NCBI GenBank assembly: GCA_003045895.1
Contig: PZPC01000021.1
Span: 2,142-66,141 of the forward strand
DNA: 64,000 nt
Source of the DNA: Bacteroidota bacterium
Lineage (GTDB): Bacteria > Bacteroidota > Bacteroidia > Chitinophagales > Saprospiraceae
Direction: 5' to 3'
A program made the position numbers and the translations under genes. The notes beneath the pieces are model-generated. The model saw only the letters and a program-made list of their open reading frames with translations, had not been told where the DNA came from and searched no databases. The number at the start of each line of letters is the position of its first letter. Positions within the stretch are counted from its first letter, which is position 1. Positions 1 through 9,285 of this stretch are shown here, in pieces.

Positions 1-1004
1 ACCACATCGGGGTTCGTCTTGTCTTCCGCCAGGACGTTGCCCCAGCAGGTGTAAACCACCACACCGTTCTGAATCACATCAACAGAATAGGTGTGTACGC
101 CACAACCAGATACCACGTCGGTAGAACCGCCGTCAACCGTCACGATGATATCGTCTGCACAACCCAGGCTACCCGTCAATACCATTTGTGGGGTAATGGT
201 GGCCGTACAAGCGTTACCTAAAGTAACGTTGAGGTTGGCGATACAACCCAGGTTCAGTTCCTCATTACAAGGAACGACCAGGTCGTTGTACATGATCATC
301 ATGGCCGCTTCGGTACTTACACCAATGCCACAATCAGTATTTGCGTTGCCCCATGCACCTGCACAAGGACCACCGCCCAGAAGACCGTCGGTATCCTGGA
401 AATGCAGTTGGTTGCCATTCGCCGTACTGTTGGTTTCCCAACCCCACTGGCCAAAAGTGCCAATGGCCATAATAGGCGCTACGGTCATCCAGTAAGTGGT
501 ATTACCCGCCAGCACCATGGGTGTGGTTGGCTCAATAAAGAGGTCAGCGTCAGCTTCGGGGTCTACGGTAGAACCCGCAAAATCTTCCTGATAGATGACT
601 GCTCCGGGAGAGCCACCGGCATTGGCATAAATGATCACACGTACCGTGTTGGCATTTACACTGGCCGGCGTACCACCGCCGAAAGCTACCCCAGGAACGG
701 TGACCGAGCAAATGCTCACGTCAGCAGGTCCGGTGGTAAAATCTTCCGCCGCCAAAAGGCCAGCGCCACCGAAGTCTGGAAAAAATTGGGAAGCAATTCC
801 GTTGTTGTTCACTACGGAGTTGTCGTAAGAGGGCACATTGCCGACACAATTGCCAGCACGGACTTGCCCGGAACTCCAGCCATTGAAGGCAGCCGAAGCG
901 GCACTCTGCCCTACTACCGGACTCGCAAAAGCAAGCCCAACCAGCAGGAGAAGTGCACTGAAAAGTTGGGCAAGATTGCCCGCACTTAGTTTGTTTGAAT
1001 ACAT
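1..1004 (-). CDS. Secreted protein, N-terminal fragment (ORF runs off the left edge of the window)
   Basis: Read by hand on the minus strand. The ATG at 1004-1002 gives MYSNKLSAGNLAQLFSALLLLVGLAFASPVVGQSAASAAF..., which looks like a signal peptide, and the frame stays open to position 1. It is missing from the ORF track only because it is open-ended. The plus-strand ORFs at 91..1026 are its shadows. No family recognised. Confidence 0.6.
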   Translation of the reverse strand, partial: MYSNKLSAGNLAQLFSALLLLVGLAFASPVVGQSAASAAFNGWSSGQVRAGNCVGNVPSYDNSVVNNNGIASQFFPDFGGAGLLAAEDFTTGPADVSICSVTVPGVAFGGGTPASVNANTVRVIIYANAGGSPGAVIYQEDFAGSTVDPEADADLFIEPTTPMVLAGNTTYWMTVAPIMAIGTFGQWGWETNSTANGNQLHFQDTDGLLGGGPCAGAWGNANTDCGIGVSTEAAMMIMYNDLVVPCNEELNLGCIANLNVTLGNACTATITPQMVLTGSLGCADDIIVTVDGGSTDVVSGCGVHTYSVDVIQNGVVVYTCWGNVLAEDKTNPDV

Positions 1005-1231
1005 AAGATTACAATTTGTTAAATGAAAATATCATACTTAAAACCACAAGCCCCCCTTAGACAGGAAAACTGCTGGTTATTGAAAGCAAGCAAGACAAAA
1101 GCCAGCCACCTTTGGGCGGTGGTGTGCTTCGTTTTTTAGGTCGAAAAAAACGTATTATAAAATACGCGATAAAGCTACGTATTATTTCTCACTAACCTAG
1201 CCCTGTTTGTTTATTTTTGGTTAATAATTAA

Positions 1232-1264
1232 CACCCCGTATTATTTAAAAAATAATACGGGGTG
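1232..1264 (-). terminator. Perfect 15-bp hairpin downstream of the 1302..2861 gene
   Basis: caccccgtattattt / aaa / aaataatacggggtg is a 15-bp perfect stem with a 3-nt loop. It lies 38 nt past the minus-strand stop and is followed by AU-rich sequence. There is no clean U-run. Confidence 0.5.
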
Positions 1265-1301
1265 ATTGGCGAAAAGCCTGCAAAGCAGCTTTACCGTTGA
1301 G

Positions 1302-2861
1302 CTAGTCACGTACCCGCTTGCGCCGGGTGTATTCCGAGAAATTGATGGGGCCGTACCCGGCTTCGGCCGGGGCATCCAGCGAGCGCGACTGTACCGCCGC
1401 CGGGGCGGGCTGATAGGAAAACCGTTCGCCGCTCAACCTGCCTTTATCCAGGTAGTTTTTGATTTTGGCGGCGCGCTCGCGGCCGTGGGTCATCGAGGAA
1501 GCAGCGCGCAGGGGAAGGTAGGCGGCCAGCAGTTGGTTTTCTTCCGTGGTACCCCAGGAAGCAGGAGACGTGTTGGCTAAACCGGCCTGCTTGAGGGCCT
1601 GTCCGATAATATCTTTTTTGCCAATGGCGTAGGAGGCCAGGTGTCCGGGCCGGTTGACGTGGTGGTCGAGCAGCAGGCAAATGCCGTATTCAGAAGTGAC
1701 GAGATCGCTGATATAGAATTTGTTCAGCGGGCGGTAATCGTCACTGTGCCAAAAGGAATTGATCCGGTCGAGGGCATGGGCAATTTGCACAAACTTGACC
1801 CGGTCGTCGAGGCCGGCCCGCCAGAAGCGAAACGCCCATTCCGGGCCCTTGCGAAATTTCTCCTTAGCGGCCGAAGAACTGATCTTTTCGCCATTCAGGC
1901 TTAGGTACCCTGTTGTTTTATTGGTATCTACCAGGTCGATGCCATACTGACCGAAGTACTGCTGGAAGGCTTCGGGTTCGTCGTTTTTGATCCGCAGCAG
2001 CAGGGCCGGCAGTTCGCCTTTGCCGCTGCCCACGCCCAGCGTCCACTGGAACATGCCGAAGGTGAGGTAACAATTATCCCAGGAGTTGATGGCGTTGAGG
2101 TTCCCCTCGTTGGCCGACACGGGGGTAATGACCCGAATATCGGATTCGGTCAGCCCGCTGGCCATGAGCTTTTCGGTATTCGCCTGGATAAAAGCCAGGG
2201 GGGTATCGCTGCCAATAGTCCATACCCCTTTATCTTTGCGGTTGAATTTGACGCGCACCCAGGCATCGCCAACGATGTAGCGATTGGATTGGGTCTCTAC
2301 CGTCAGGTCGGGAGTGGAGTCGTCTTCCAGGTTGGAGGTTTGCCAATCTTTGCCGTAACCTGGTTCCAGGGCCGCCAGGGCCTGATCTGTTTCGCTGGTT
2401 GTGGGTACGCTGGCTGCGAAGCTGATTCCCGCAGCCTTTTGCAGCTGGGCCGCTTTGTTCGCTCCGGCAGGTCCGGCAAAAAGTGCCGCCAATTGATTCG
2501 ATTCCCGGGCCTTTTTCACTTCCCGCAACAGCGGTAACAAGGCGTAGCGGTCCAGTAATTTCTGCAGGGTAAGTGGATCCAGTTGGGTACCATCACCTGG
2601 CAGACCATTGGCCCGTTGGAAGGCTTGCAAGGCCGTGGTGGTACCACCGCCATAGTCGCCATCGGCCCGGTAAGCTTCCCACTTGAGTTCATTGCTGTAG
2701 CCCAGGCCGTGGAGCAGCCCTTGCAAGGAACGCACTGCACCGGGGTGGTCTTCTCCCTTTTGAAGCAAGACGTCGGTTTGTTTTTTTAACAATTCCTGGA
2801 GGGAAGCCTGGATCTGCATAGCTAAAGTGGGTTCGGTGAAAAATGGTTCTTTTTTGGCCAA
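1302..2861 (-). CDS. Peptidoglycan-binding domain protein with an unassigned C-terminal domain
   Basis: 519-aa ORF. The N-terminal third has a PG_binding_1-like segment (LQGLLHGLGY...DGDYGGGTTTALQAFQRANGLPGDGTQLDPLTLQKL). The C-terminal 300 aa or so are unassigned. FGMFQWTLG weakly resembles a muramidase/transglycosylase motif. Confidence 0.7.
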   Translation of the reverse strand: MAKKEPFFTEPTLAMQIQASLQELLKKQTDVLLQKGEDHPGAVRSLQGLLHGLGYSNELKWEAYRADGDYGGGTTTALQAFQRANGLPGDGTQLDPLTLQKLLDRYALLPLLREVKKARESNQLAALFAGPAGANKAAQLQKAAGISFAASVPTTSETDQALAALEPGYGKDWQTSNLEDDSTPDLTVETQSNRYIVGDAWVRVKFNRKDKGVWTIGSDTPLAFIQANTEKLMASGLTESDIRVITPVSANEGNLNAINSWDNCYLTFGMFQWTLGVGSGKGELPALLLRIKNDEPEAFQQYFGQYGIDLVDTNKTTGYLSLNGEKISSSAAKEKFRKGPEWAFRFWRAGLDDRVKFVQIAHALDRINSFWHSDDYRPLNKFYISDLVTSEYGICLLLDHHVNRPGHLASYAIGKKDIIGQALKQAGLANTSPASWGTTEENQLLAAYLPLRAASSMTHGRERAAKIKNYLDKGRLSGERFSYQPAPAAVQSRSLDAPAEAGYGPINFSEYTRRKRVRD

Positions 2862-2878
2862 TCCCGGTGGCCAACGTA

Positions 2879-5458
2879 TTAAAACTGCTGATAAATACCT
2901 TGCAGTTGGGGGTTGGTTTCCGCGGCCTTGATGGCCGTAATCATGTCGGCAATTTGGGTGGCCGTAGCTTCCGCTCCTTTTTCCAGTAGCGCACCTTTCA
3001 CCTGACTAAGGGTCCGTACTGCAGACAAGCGGCGCCAGGGCGACTGCCCCATGTCGGTACCGATCGCTTGCAATTCCTGGGCACCTTGCAACAGGGCCGC
3101 TGGTTCGGCCACCAGCAGCAGCACACTGAAGCTTTCGTAAAAATCGAAAGCAGCATAACCGTCTACGTGGGACAGGTGCTGAGAAAAATACGGCAGGTAC
3201 TGCACCTCGTTGGACGTCGCATAAATTCCACCAATCGTAGCGACGATCTCGCTATTGGTTTCCTCCTGCAATTGGTTGGCCGCTTGCTGGGCCGCTGCGG
3301 GGTCCAGTTCAACGAGGGCACCTAAGCCAGCAGCTACGACCGCGTAGGATTCGGCTTGCAGCGCTTTCGTGGCCAGGGCCTGGGCACCGGGATAGCCTAA
3401 GCTCGCCAGCATGGACAAGGCCGTCGCCCGAACTTCGGAGTGCGGGTCGTTTTCGGCCAGGCCGGCAACGACATCCATTAGTTCCGGGGTAGCATCAGTT
3501 GCGGAAATGTTTTCCAGCGCCAGGGCGCGAATACCGTGGTAGGGATCCTGGAGGCCGGGCAGCAATAAGTCGGTCAGTTGGTCGTCTCCCATGCCGGCCA
3601 ACGTAGCCAGCGCCTGGAAACGGTCGAGGAACAAGGGCGCGTGGATAAACTGATAGGCCAGTTGGTCCGCTGACTTAGCGTCGGACCATTCGGCCAAAAT
3701 GCTTCTTTCGGCATCTACATTGACCAGCGCGGGTTCCTGGCTGGCGGGCAGCCGGAAGGTTTGTTCCCGCTCCAGGAGGAGCACCTGGTGGCGGGTAGGC
3801 TCGGACTGGCCCGGCAAATACACGTCGATCGGCAGGGGCAACTGGTAGATCGGAGACATTTTGCGGCCATCCTGGGTTTGCTTCACCAGCACAATGGCTT
3901 CCTGCGTGGCAGCATCGTAGTCGTAGCTCAGGGATAGTGACGGATGCCCTTCCTGAAGGTACCACTGGTCGAAGAACCAGTTTAGATCTTGCCCCGTGAC
4001 ATCTTCAAAAGCCATGCGCAACTCATCTACTTCCACGGCCGAATAGGCGTGCAGTTCCAGGTAGTGTTGCAACCCGGCAAAGAAAGCTTCGTCGCCGATG
4101 ATCTTGCGCAGCATGTGGAGCACAGCCCCCCCCTTATTGTAGCTGTGGGCATCGAACATATTTTCTTTGTCGGCGTAGCCATAATCAATCAGCGGATGAA
4201 TACCTTCCTGCGCGGAAGACAAATAGCCGTCCCATTCTTCCAGCAGGTGGGCATCGGCTTCGTCGCGGCCGTACTGGTGTTCGAGCCAGAGGTACTCGCT
4301 GTAATTGGCAAAACCTTCGTTCAGCGTCAGGTTAGCCCAGCTTTCGCAGGTCACGTAGTCGCCGAACCAGTGGTGAAACATTTCGTGGGCAACGATCTTA
4401 TCGTTCATCAATTCGTCAATCAGCTCGCGCTCGGTGTGCTGCATGAATTCACCAAAAATGACGGCGGTTGTATTCTCCATAGCGCCGGAGACGTAGTCGC
4501 GAACCACCACCTGCGAAAATTTGGCCCACGGATAGGGTACCCCCAAGACATCCGAGAAGAAGGTCAGCATCTCCGGAGTATGGGGAAAAATAGCTTTGGC
4601 GTCTTTTTCAAAGGCGGGTTCTACGTAGTAGGACACGGGTTTGCCGTTCCAGGGCGCATCGTTAACGACGGCAAATTCGCCCACCGTCAACATAAACAGG
4701 TAAGGTGCGTGGGGCTGATCCATTTTCCAGTAATCGGTGCGGGTACCGTCGGGATTTTTTGTCGACGACACCAGGACACCATTGGAAAGCGTAACGTACT
4801 TGTCGGCTACCGTGAGGTAAATTTCCTCGGTACAGCGCTCGTTGGGTTTGTCGATAGTTGGAAACCAGCGGGAATTGTTTTCGGTTTCGCCCTGGGTCCA
4901 GATTTGTTGGGGTTTGCCGGGGTCTTCGCCACGGGGATTGATAAAGAACAATCCCTTGTCGGAGGTGATGGCGTTGCTGCCACCGTCGGCCCGGGGAGTG
5001 GCGACGTAGTCGATGACCACCGTATATTTTTCGTCGCGGGTGTAAGTGCGCGGCAATTTGATGACGACCTGCCGATTGTCATCATAGCTGTATTTCAGCG
5101 CAGTACCTCCCAGGCTAATGTTCTTGAAGGTAAACCCTTTGGCGTCGAGCACGAGCAGATCGGTGGGATAGAAATAAGGCTTTAGGTCGAGGGTAGCCTT
5201 GCCCATGACCTGCTCCTTTTCCCAGTCGAAGGACAAGTTCAACCGCGTATGCAGGAGGTCATTGGTTTGGGTGAAACTCGCGTTGTAGACAGGGAGAGCG
5301 TAAACTTTCTCGTCTTCCTCAATGGGCGGAGCGGTGATGACGAGGGTATCCAGTTGACGGACTTCGGCAACGGCAGGTTCTGCAATGGTAACTACCCGCG
5401 GTGTACCGCAGGCTACAATTAAAGAAAGCAGACCAAGACCTGCAAGGTAACGATACAT
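2879..5458 (-). CDS. M1-family aminopeptidase (aminopeptidase N-like) lipoprotein with C-terminal HEAT-like repeats
   Basis: 859 aa. It has the GAMEN exopeptidase motif (SGAMENTTA), the zinc site HEMFHHWFGD...NEGFA (HEXXH-18-E), and a lipobox-like signal (LLSLIVACG). Confidence 0.92.
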   Translation of the reverse strand: MYRYLAGLGLLSLIVACGTPRVVTIAEPAVAEVRQLDTLVITAPPIEEDEKVYALPVYNASFTQTNDLLHTRLNLSFDWEKEQVMGKATLDLKPYFYPTDLLVLDAKGFTFKNISLGGTALKYSYDDNRQVVIKLPRTYTRDEKYTVVIDYVATPRADGGSNAITSDKGLFFINPRGEDPGKPQQIWTQGETENNSRWFPTIDKPNERCTEEIYLTVADKYVTLSNGVLVSSTKNPDGTRTDYWKMDQPHAPYLFMLTVGEFAVVNDAPWNGKPVSYYVEPAFEKDAKAIFPHTPEMLTFFSDVLGVPYPWAKFSQVVVRDYVSGAMENTTAVIFGEFMQHTERELIDELMNDKIVAHEMFHHWFGDYVTCESWANLTLNEGFANYSEYLWLEHQYGRDEADAHLLEEWDGYLSSAQEGIHPLIDYGYADKENMFDAHSYNKGGAVLHMLRKIIGDEAFFAGLQHYLELHAYSAVEVDELRMAFEDVTGQDLNWFFDQWYLQEGHPSLSLSYDYDAATQEAIVLVKQTQDGRKMSPIYQLPLPIDVYLPGQSEPTRHQVLLLEREQTFRLPASQEPALVNVDAERSILAEWSDAKSADQLAYQFIHAPLFLDRFQALATLAGMGDDQLTDLLLPGLQDPYHGIRALALENISATDATPELMDVVAGLAENDPHSEVRATALSMLASLGYPGAQALATKALQAESYAVVAAGLGALVELDPAAAQQAANQLQEETNSEIVATIGGIYATSNEVQYLPYFSQHLSHVDGYAAFDFYESFSVLLLVAEPAALLQGAQELQAIGTDMGQSPWRRLSAVRTLSQVKGALLEKGAEATATQIADMITAIKAAETNPQLQGIYQQF

Positions 5459-5500
5459 AGTCGGTTGATTTAATGCTTACAAAGGGGTTGAGGCCTTTGG

Positions 5501-6262
5501 TTAAGTTACGCGGTTGAGAAAATTTTCCAGGATTTCGTTAAAAACTGCGGGATGTTCCATCATGGGAGCATGGCCACATTGTTCTACAAAATGAAGTTCG
5601 GAATCTTTAATCAGTTCGTGAAATTTCTCCCCGACGAAGGCAGGGGTAATGCTATCTTCCCGTCCCCAGATGAGTAAGGTCGGGGTTTGGATCTGTCCTA
5701 GTTTATCGCTCAGGTTATGGCGCACCGCCGATTTGGCCGTGGCGATGACCCGGATGGCTTTGTTGCGGTCATTGACGATGTCGTACACTTCATCAATGAG
5801 TTCTTTGGTTGCTACCGCCGGGTTGTAAAAAGTCCCCTCGGTACGCTCCTTGATGAAATTGTAGTCCCCCCGTTTAGGGAAAGAACTGCCCATGGCATTT
5901 TCAAAAAGCCCCGAACTCCCCGTCAGCGTAGTAGAATTCACCTTTTCGGGATGCGCCAGGGTGTAGAGCAGGCTAATGTGCCCGCCCAGCGAATTGCCCA
6001 GCACATTGACCTTGTCGAAACCTTTGGCTACCACAAAATCGGTAACGTGGTCCACTAGTCCGGCCAGGGAAACCTTGCGCAAGGGTAATTCGAAAATTGG
6101 CAGCAATGGGACCACGACGTTGAATTTCTTTCCGAAATGGTCCATGATTCCGGAAAAATTACTCAATGCGCCAAAAAGACCGTGCAAGAGCAGAATGGTG
6201 TGTTCTCCTCCATTCGTCTCTAAATAACGAAATTCCCGCTCTTCAATAATTGGATACTCCAT
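5501..6262 (-). CDS. Alpha/beta-fold hydrolase
   Basis: 253 aa. It has an HG oxyanion motif (LLHGLFG), the nucleophile elbow GNSLGG, and a C-terminal His (CGHAPMMEHP). Confidence 0.8.
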   Translation of the reverse strand: MEYPIIEEREFRYLETNGGEHTILLLHGLFGALSNFSGIMDHFGKKFNVVVPLLPIFELPLRKVSLAGLVDHVTDFVVAKGFDKVNVLGNSLGGHISLLYTLAHPEKVNSTTLTGSSGLFENAMGSSFPKRGDYNFIKERTEGTFYNPAVATKELIDEVYDIVNDRNKAIRVIATAKSAVRHNLSDKLGQIQTPTLLIWGREDSITPAFVGEKFHELIKDSELHFVEQCGHAPMMEHPAVFNEILENFLNRVT

Positions 6263-6641
6263 GTAGTGTAAAAGACAATGTAAAATCTATTATAATGCAT
6301 ATTATCTAAGCGAAAGCGAAAATAACAGACAAAAATGGCTATTTTTTTTTGCAAAAATAGCTTTTTTACCCGTTTAGACGAATGAATATGTAGATAAGAA
6401 CGTATCTTTGACAAACATTAGCTACTTCAGCGGTTTTTATCAGGAAACTAAAATTACACCCCCTTTTATACCAGCTATCCGCTGGAATTTTCCTATTATG
6501 GAGAATTGGACGACTGAAACTTTGTTTTATTCGAAAATAATTCCTTGCTTTGCGAGGAATTGTTGGAGCAAACATATTTGCAATAACTCTAGTTATTGAA
6601 GACAATCATTTAACATTTTCTAAATTAAATTTAAGGAGAAC

Positions 6642-7400
6642 ATGCGTTTTATACTCACTGCATTGATCTTTGTAATGGTAGCCACTTCCTTCCAGTCTTG
6701 TGTGTCAAAGAAGAAATTTGACGAGCTGACTGCTGCCAAGGCCGCTACCGACCAGGCACTTGCTGAAACACAATCACAAGTGAAGACTTTATCACAAGAA
6801 AAGGACGCTTTGGCTGCCGAAATGGCCGCTGAAAAGACCCGCTTGAATGGTGAAATCAGCAGCATCCGTACGGAAATGACCGCACAGATCGCTCAAGTCA
6901 ACGAAAAGTTGAACATGACCGAAGCTGAACTGAAAGCCGTTAAAGACGAAATCAACGGTATGTTTGCCGCTTACACGAACTCCGGTCTGACGATGGAGGA
7001 GCGTGATGGCCGACTGTACCTGGTAACTGAAGCTCCGGTTGGATTCCGCAGCAGTTCTTCCAGCCTGACCCGCGACCAGCGTAAAGCTATCGACGCCATG
7101 GCCGAAAAACTGAAGGCAAACCCTGCCGTTAAAGTATTGGTAGAAGGTCACACGGACAACAAGCAGTTCGCTGCTGGTGCCGGTACCGACAACTGGGACC
7201 TGAGCTACGCACGTGCCAAAGCCGTTGCTACGCGCCTGATCAAGTCTGGCGCAAGCCCGGCTCAGATCACGATCGCTAGCCACGGTGACACGATGCCAAT
7301 GGGTGACAACGCCACCAAAGAAGGTCGCGAGTCTAACCGCCGCACCGTTCTTGCCCCTAATCCTGATTTGGGTGGCCTGATGAAGGCGGGAGGCAACTAA
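6642..7400 (+). CDS. OmpA-family peptidoglycan-associated lipoprotein with a coiled-coil segment
   Basis: 252 aa with lipobox SFQSC. The middle is heptad-like and rich in Ala/Glu/Lys. The C-terminus is an OmpA/MotB domain (VLVEGHTDN...SYARAKAV...NRRTV). Confidence 0.85.
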   Translation: MRFILTALIFVMVATSFQSCVSKKKFDELTAAKAATDQALAETQSQVKTLSQEKDALAAEMAAEKTRLNGEISSIRTEMTAQIAQVNEKLNMTEAELKAVKDEINGMFAAYTNSGLTMEERDGRLYLVTEAPVGFRSSSSSLTRDQRKAIDAMAEKLKANPAVKVLVEGHTDNKQFAAGAGTDNWDLSYARAKAVATRLIKSGASPAQITIASHGDTMPMGDNATKEGRESNRRTVLAPNPDLGGLMKAGGN

Positions 7401-7434
7401 GAATTGTCTGTTTTACTTATTGATACCAAAGGCA

Positions 7435-7475
7435 AAGCCGGATCTGCGCAAGCAATCCGGCTTTTGCTTTTTAAG
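7435..7475 (+). terminator. Rho-independent terminator after the ompA-like gene
   Basis: aaagccggat, an 11-nt loop, then atccggcttt, followed by tgcttttt. It lies inside the 5' extension of track ORF 7420..9258, which supports the later recJ start. Confidence 0.7.
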
Positions 7476-7536
7476 TAGCCTGGCCATTGCCATTGCCAGG
7501 AAAAGATTACCTTGCTCCGTCTCTAAATTTTCCAAC

Positions 7537-9258
7537 ATGCAAAGTTCCCGCTGGCTTCCTCCTGTTTTTGCCGAAGAACACGCGGTGAACTTACAGCAAG
7601 CACTAGGTCTACATCCGGTTTTGTGCCAGTTGCTGGCCCAGCGGGAAATTGATACGCCGGAAAAAGCCAAAGCCTTCTTCGAACCCCAGTGGGATTTACT
7701 GCACGACCCCTTTCTCATGCAAGACATGGAAAAAGCGGTTGTCCGGTTAGCGCTGGCCCTGAAGCGGGGCGAAAAAATCCTCATCTACGGCGACTATGAC
7801 GTGGATGGCACCATGTCTGTTTCTTTTCTTTACCAATTTCTGCTGAACCAGGGCCACCGCGCAATCGATTTCCACATCCCAGACCGCTACAAGGAAGGCT
7901 ATGGCTTGTCGGCCGAAGGCGTCAGCTACGCTGCCCGGCAGGGGGTAACCTTACTGATTACCGTCGATTGCGGCATTCGCGCCCAGGAACAGGTAGATAA
8001 TGCCCGCCGCCAGGGAATGGACGTCATCATCTGCGACCACCACCTTCCGGGAGACGATTGGCCTTTTGCCACGGCCGTACTGGACCCCAAGCGCCCCGAC
8101 TGTAACTATCCGGACAAAAACCTGAGTGGTTGTGGGGTTGCTTTTAAACTGGCCCAGGGGCTACTCCAGCACTGGGGACGAGCGAGCGAGGAATTGCAAA
8201 GTCTTACTGATTTTGTTGCCATTAGCATTGCCTGCGACGTCATGCCGGTAATGGGTGAAAACCGCGTACTCGCCAGTTTTGGCCTGCAACAAATGAACAA
8301 CACCCGCAAGTACGGTTTGCGGGCGCTGATCAAAGTCAGCAACCGAAAGACCCCCCTGCGCATCAGCGACATTGTCTTTGGTATTGGCCCCATCATCAAT
8401 GCTTCGGGCAGGATGGCCGATGCTGGCCTGGTCGTAAAACTGATGTTGGCGAGTTCCCGCCAGGTCGCCAAAGAACACGCAGAACAGCTTCGCCTGCGCA
8501 ACGAACTACGCCGCGAATACGATAAGCGAACCGCCGACGAAGCCCGGGAGGAAGCAGCAGAAATTCCCTTGTGGAAAGAGCGAAAAAGCTTTGTGCTCTA
8601 CCAGCCACACTGGCACAAAGGCGTCATTGGCATTGTGGCTGCCCGCCTGTCGGCTGATTTTCATCGACCCACCATTGTGCTGACCAAATCGGATGATGTG
8701 CTGGTGGGGTCGGCCCGATCAGCTGGCAACGTAGACCTTTTCAGCGCAATCACATCCTGCGAGGATCTGCTCTTGAGCTTCGGCGGGCATACCCATGCCG
8801 CCGGCTTATCTTTACGCGAAGAAAATTGGGCGGCTTTTGCTACCCGCTTCGAAGCCGCTATTGATACGTTGATGCCGGAAAATGGCCTCCAACCTCAGCT
8901 ACCGATCGCCGCCGAGCTGAAACTTGCGGAAGTTACCCCCGAATTTTACCAAATCCTCCGTCAGTTTGCCCCCTTCGGACCCGCCAATCGCAACCCCGTT
9001 TTTGTGTCCACCCAGGTGGCTGCCTTCGGCCCCATCGATTTGCTCAAAGCCGAACATATCCGACTGATGGTTCAGCAGGATGGCGGAGCGCCCCTGCACG
9101 CGATTGCTTTTGGTCTGGGGAAATATTTTGACCAATTCGCGCAACACGAAGAATTTACCATCTGCTATTCCATCGAAGAAAACCACTGGGGAGGCACCAC
9201 CAACCTGCAGTTGATGATCAAAGACATCGATTTTACGGGTGAAAAATGGGCCGTTTAG
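7537..9258 (+). CDS. recJ: Single-stranded-DNA-specific exonuclease RecJ
   Basis: DHH motifs (IYGDYDVDGT, TVDCG, ICDHHLP) and the DHHA1 motif (GGHTHAAG). I moved the start to the in-frame ATG at 7537 (MQSSRWLPPVFAEEH...), downstream of the terminator hairpin. Confidence 0.9.
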   Translation: MQSSRWLPPVFAEEHAVNLQQALGLHPVLCQLLAQREIDTPEKAKAFFEPQWDLLHDPFLMQDMEKAVVRLALALKRGEKILIYGDYDVDGTMSVSFLYQFLLNQGHRAIDFHIPDRYKEGYGLSAEGVSYAARQGVTLLITVDCGIRAQEQVDNARRQGMDVIICDHHLPGDDWPFATAVLDPKRPDCNYPDKNLSGCGVAFKLAQGLLQHWGRASEELQSLTDFVAISIACDVMPVMGENRVLASFGLQQMNNTRKYGLRALIKVSNRKTPLRISDIVFGIGPIINASGRMADAGLVVKLMLASSRQVAKEHAEQLRLRNELRREYDKRTADEAREEAAEIPLWKERKSFVLYQPHWHKGVIGIVAARLSADFHRPTIVLTKSDDVLVGSARSAGNVDLFSAITSCEDLLLSFGGHTHAAGLSLREENWAAFATRFEAAIDTLMPENGLQPQLPIAAELKLAEVTPEFYQILRQFAPFGPANRNPVFVSTQVAAFGPIDLLKAEHIRLMVQQDGGAPLHAIAFGLGKYFDQFAQHEEFTICYSIEENHWGGTTNLQLMIKDIDFTGEKWAV

Positions 9259-9285
9259 CCGTTGCGGAGCATCGCCCTGGTAATT

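Noticed and set aside
3989-5185. Long antisense ORFs are listed in the track at 3989..5185, 14377..15642, 20728..22632, 23597..24946, 24950..26257, 35499..36833, 58231..59121, 59284..59913 and others.
   Set aside because: Each lies opposite a gene with unambiguous family motifs (M1 peptidase, M23 peptidase, YdeP, polA, M16 peptidase, CRTAC1-like). Their translations are Gly/Arg/Val/His-rich low-information sequence, as expected for shadow ORFs in GC-rich DNA.
6263-6641. Small ORFs (6220..6414, 6366..6605, 6408..6599) in the AT-rich divergent intergenic region.
   Set aside because: They overlap one another in different frames, are rich in Ile/Phe/Asn/Lys as expected from AT-rich DNA, and show no motifs. 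The region is better read as two divergent promoters.
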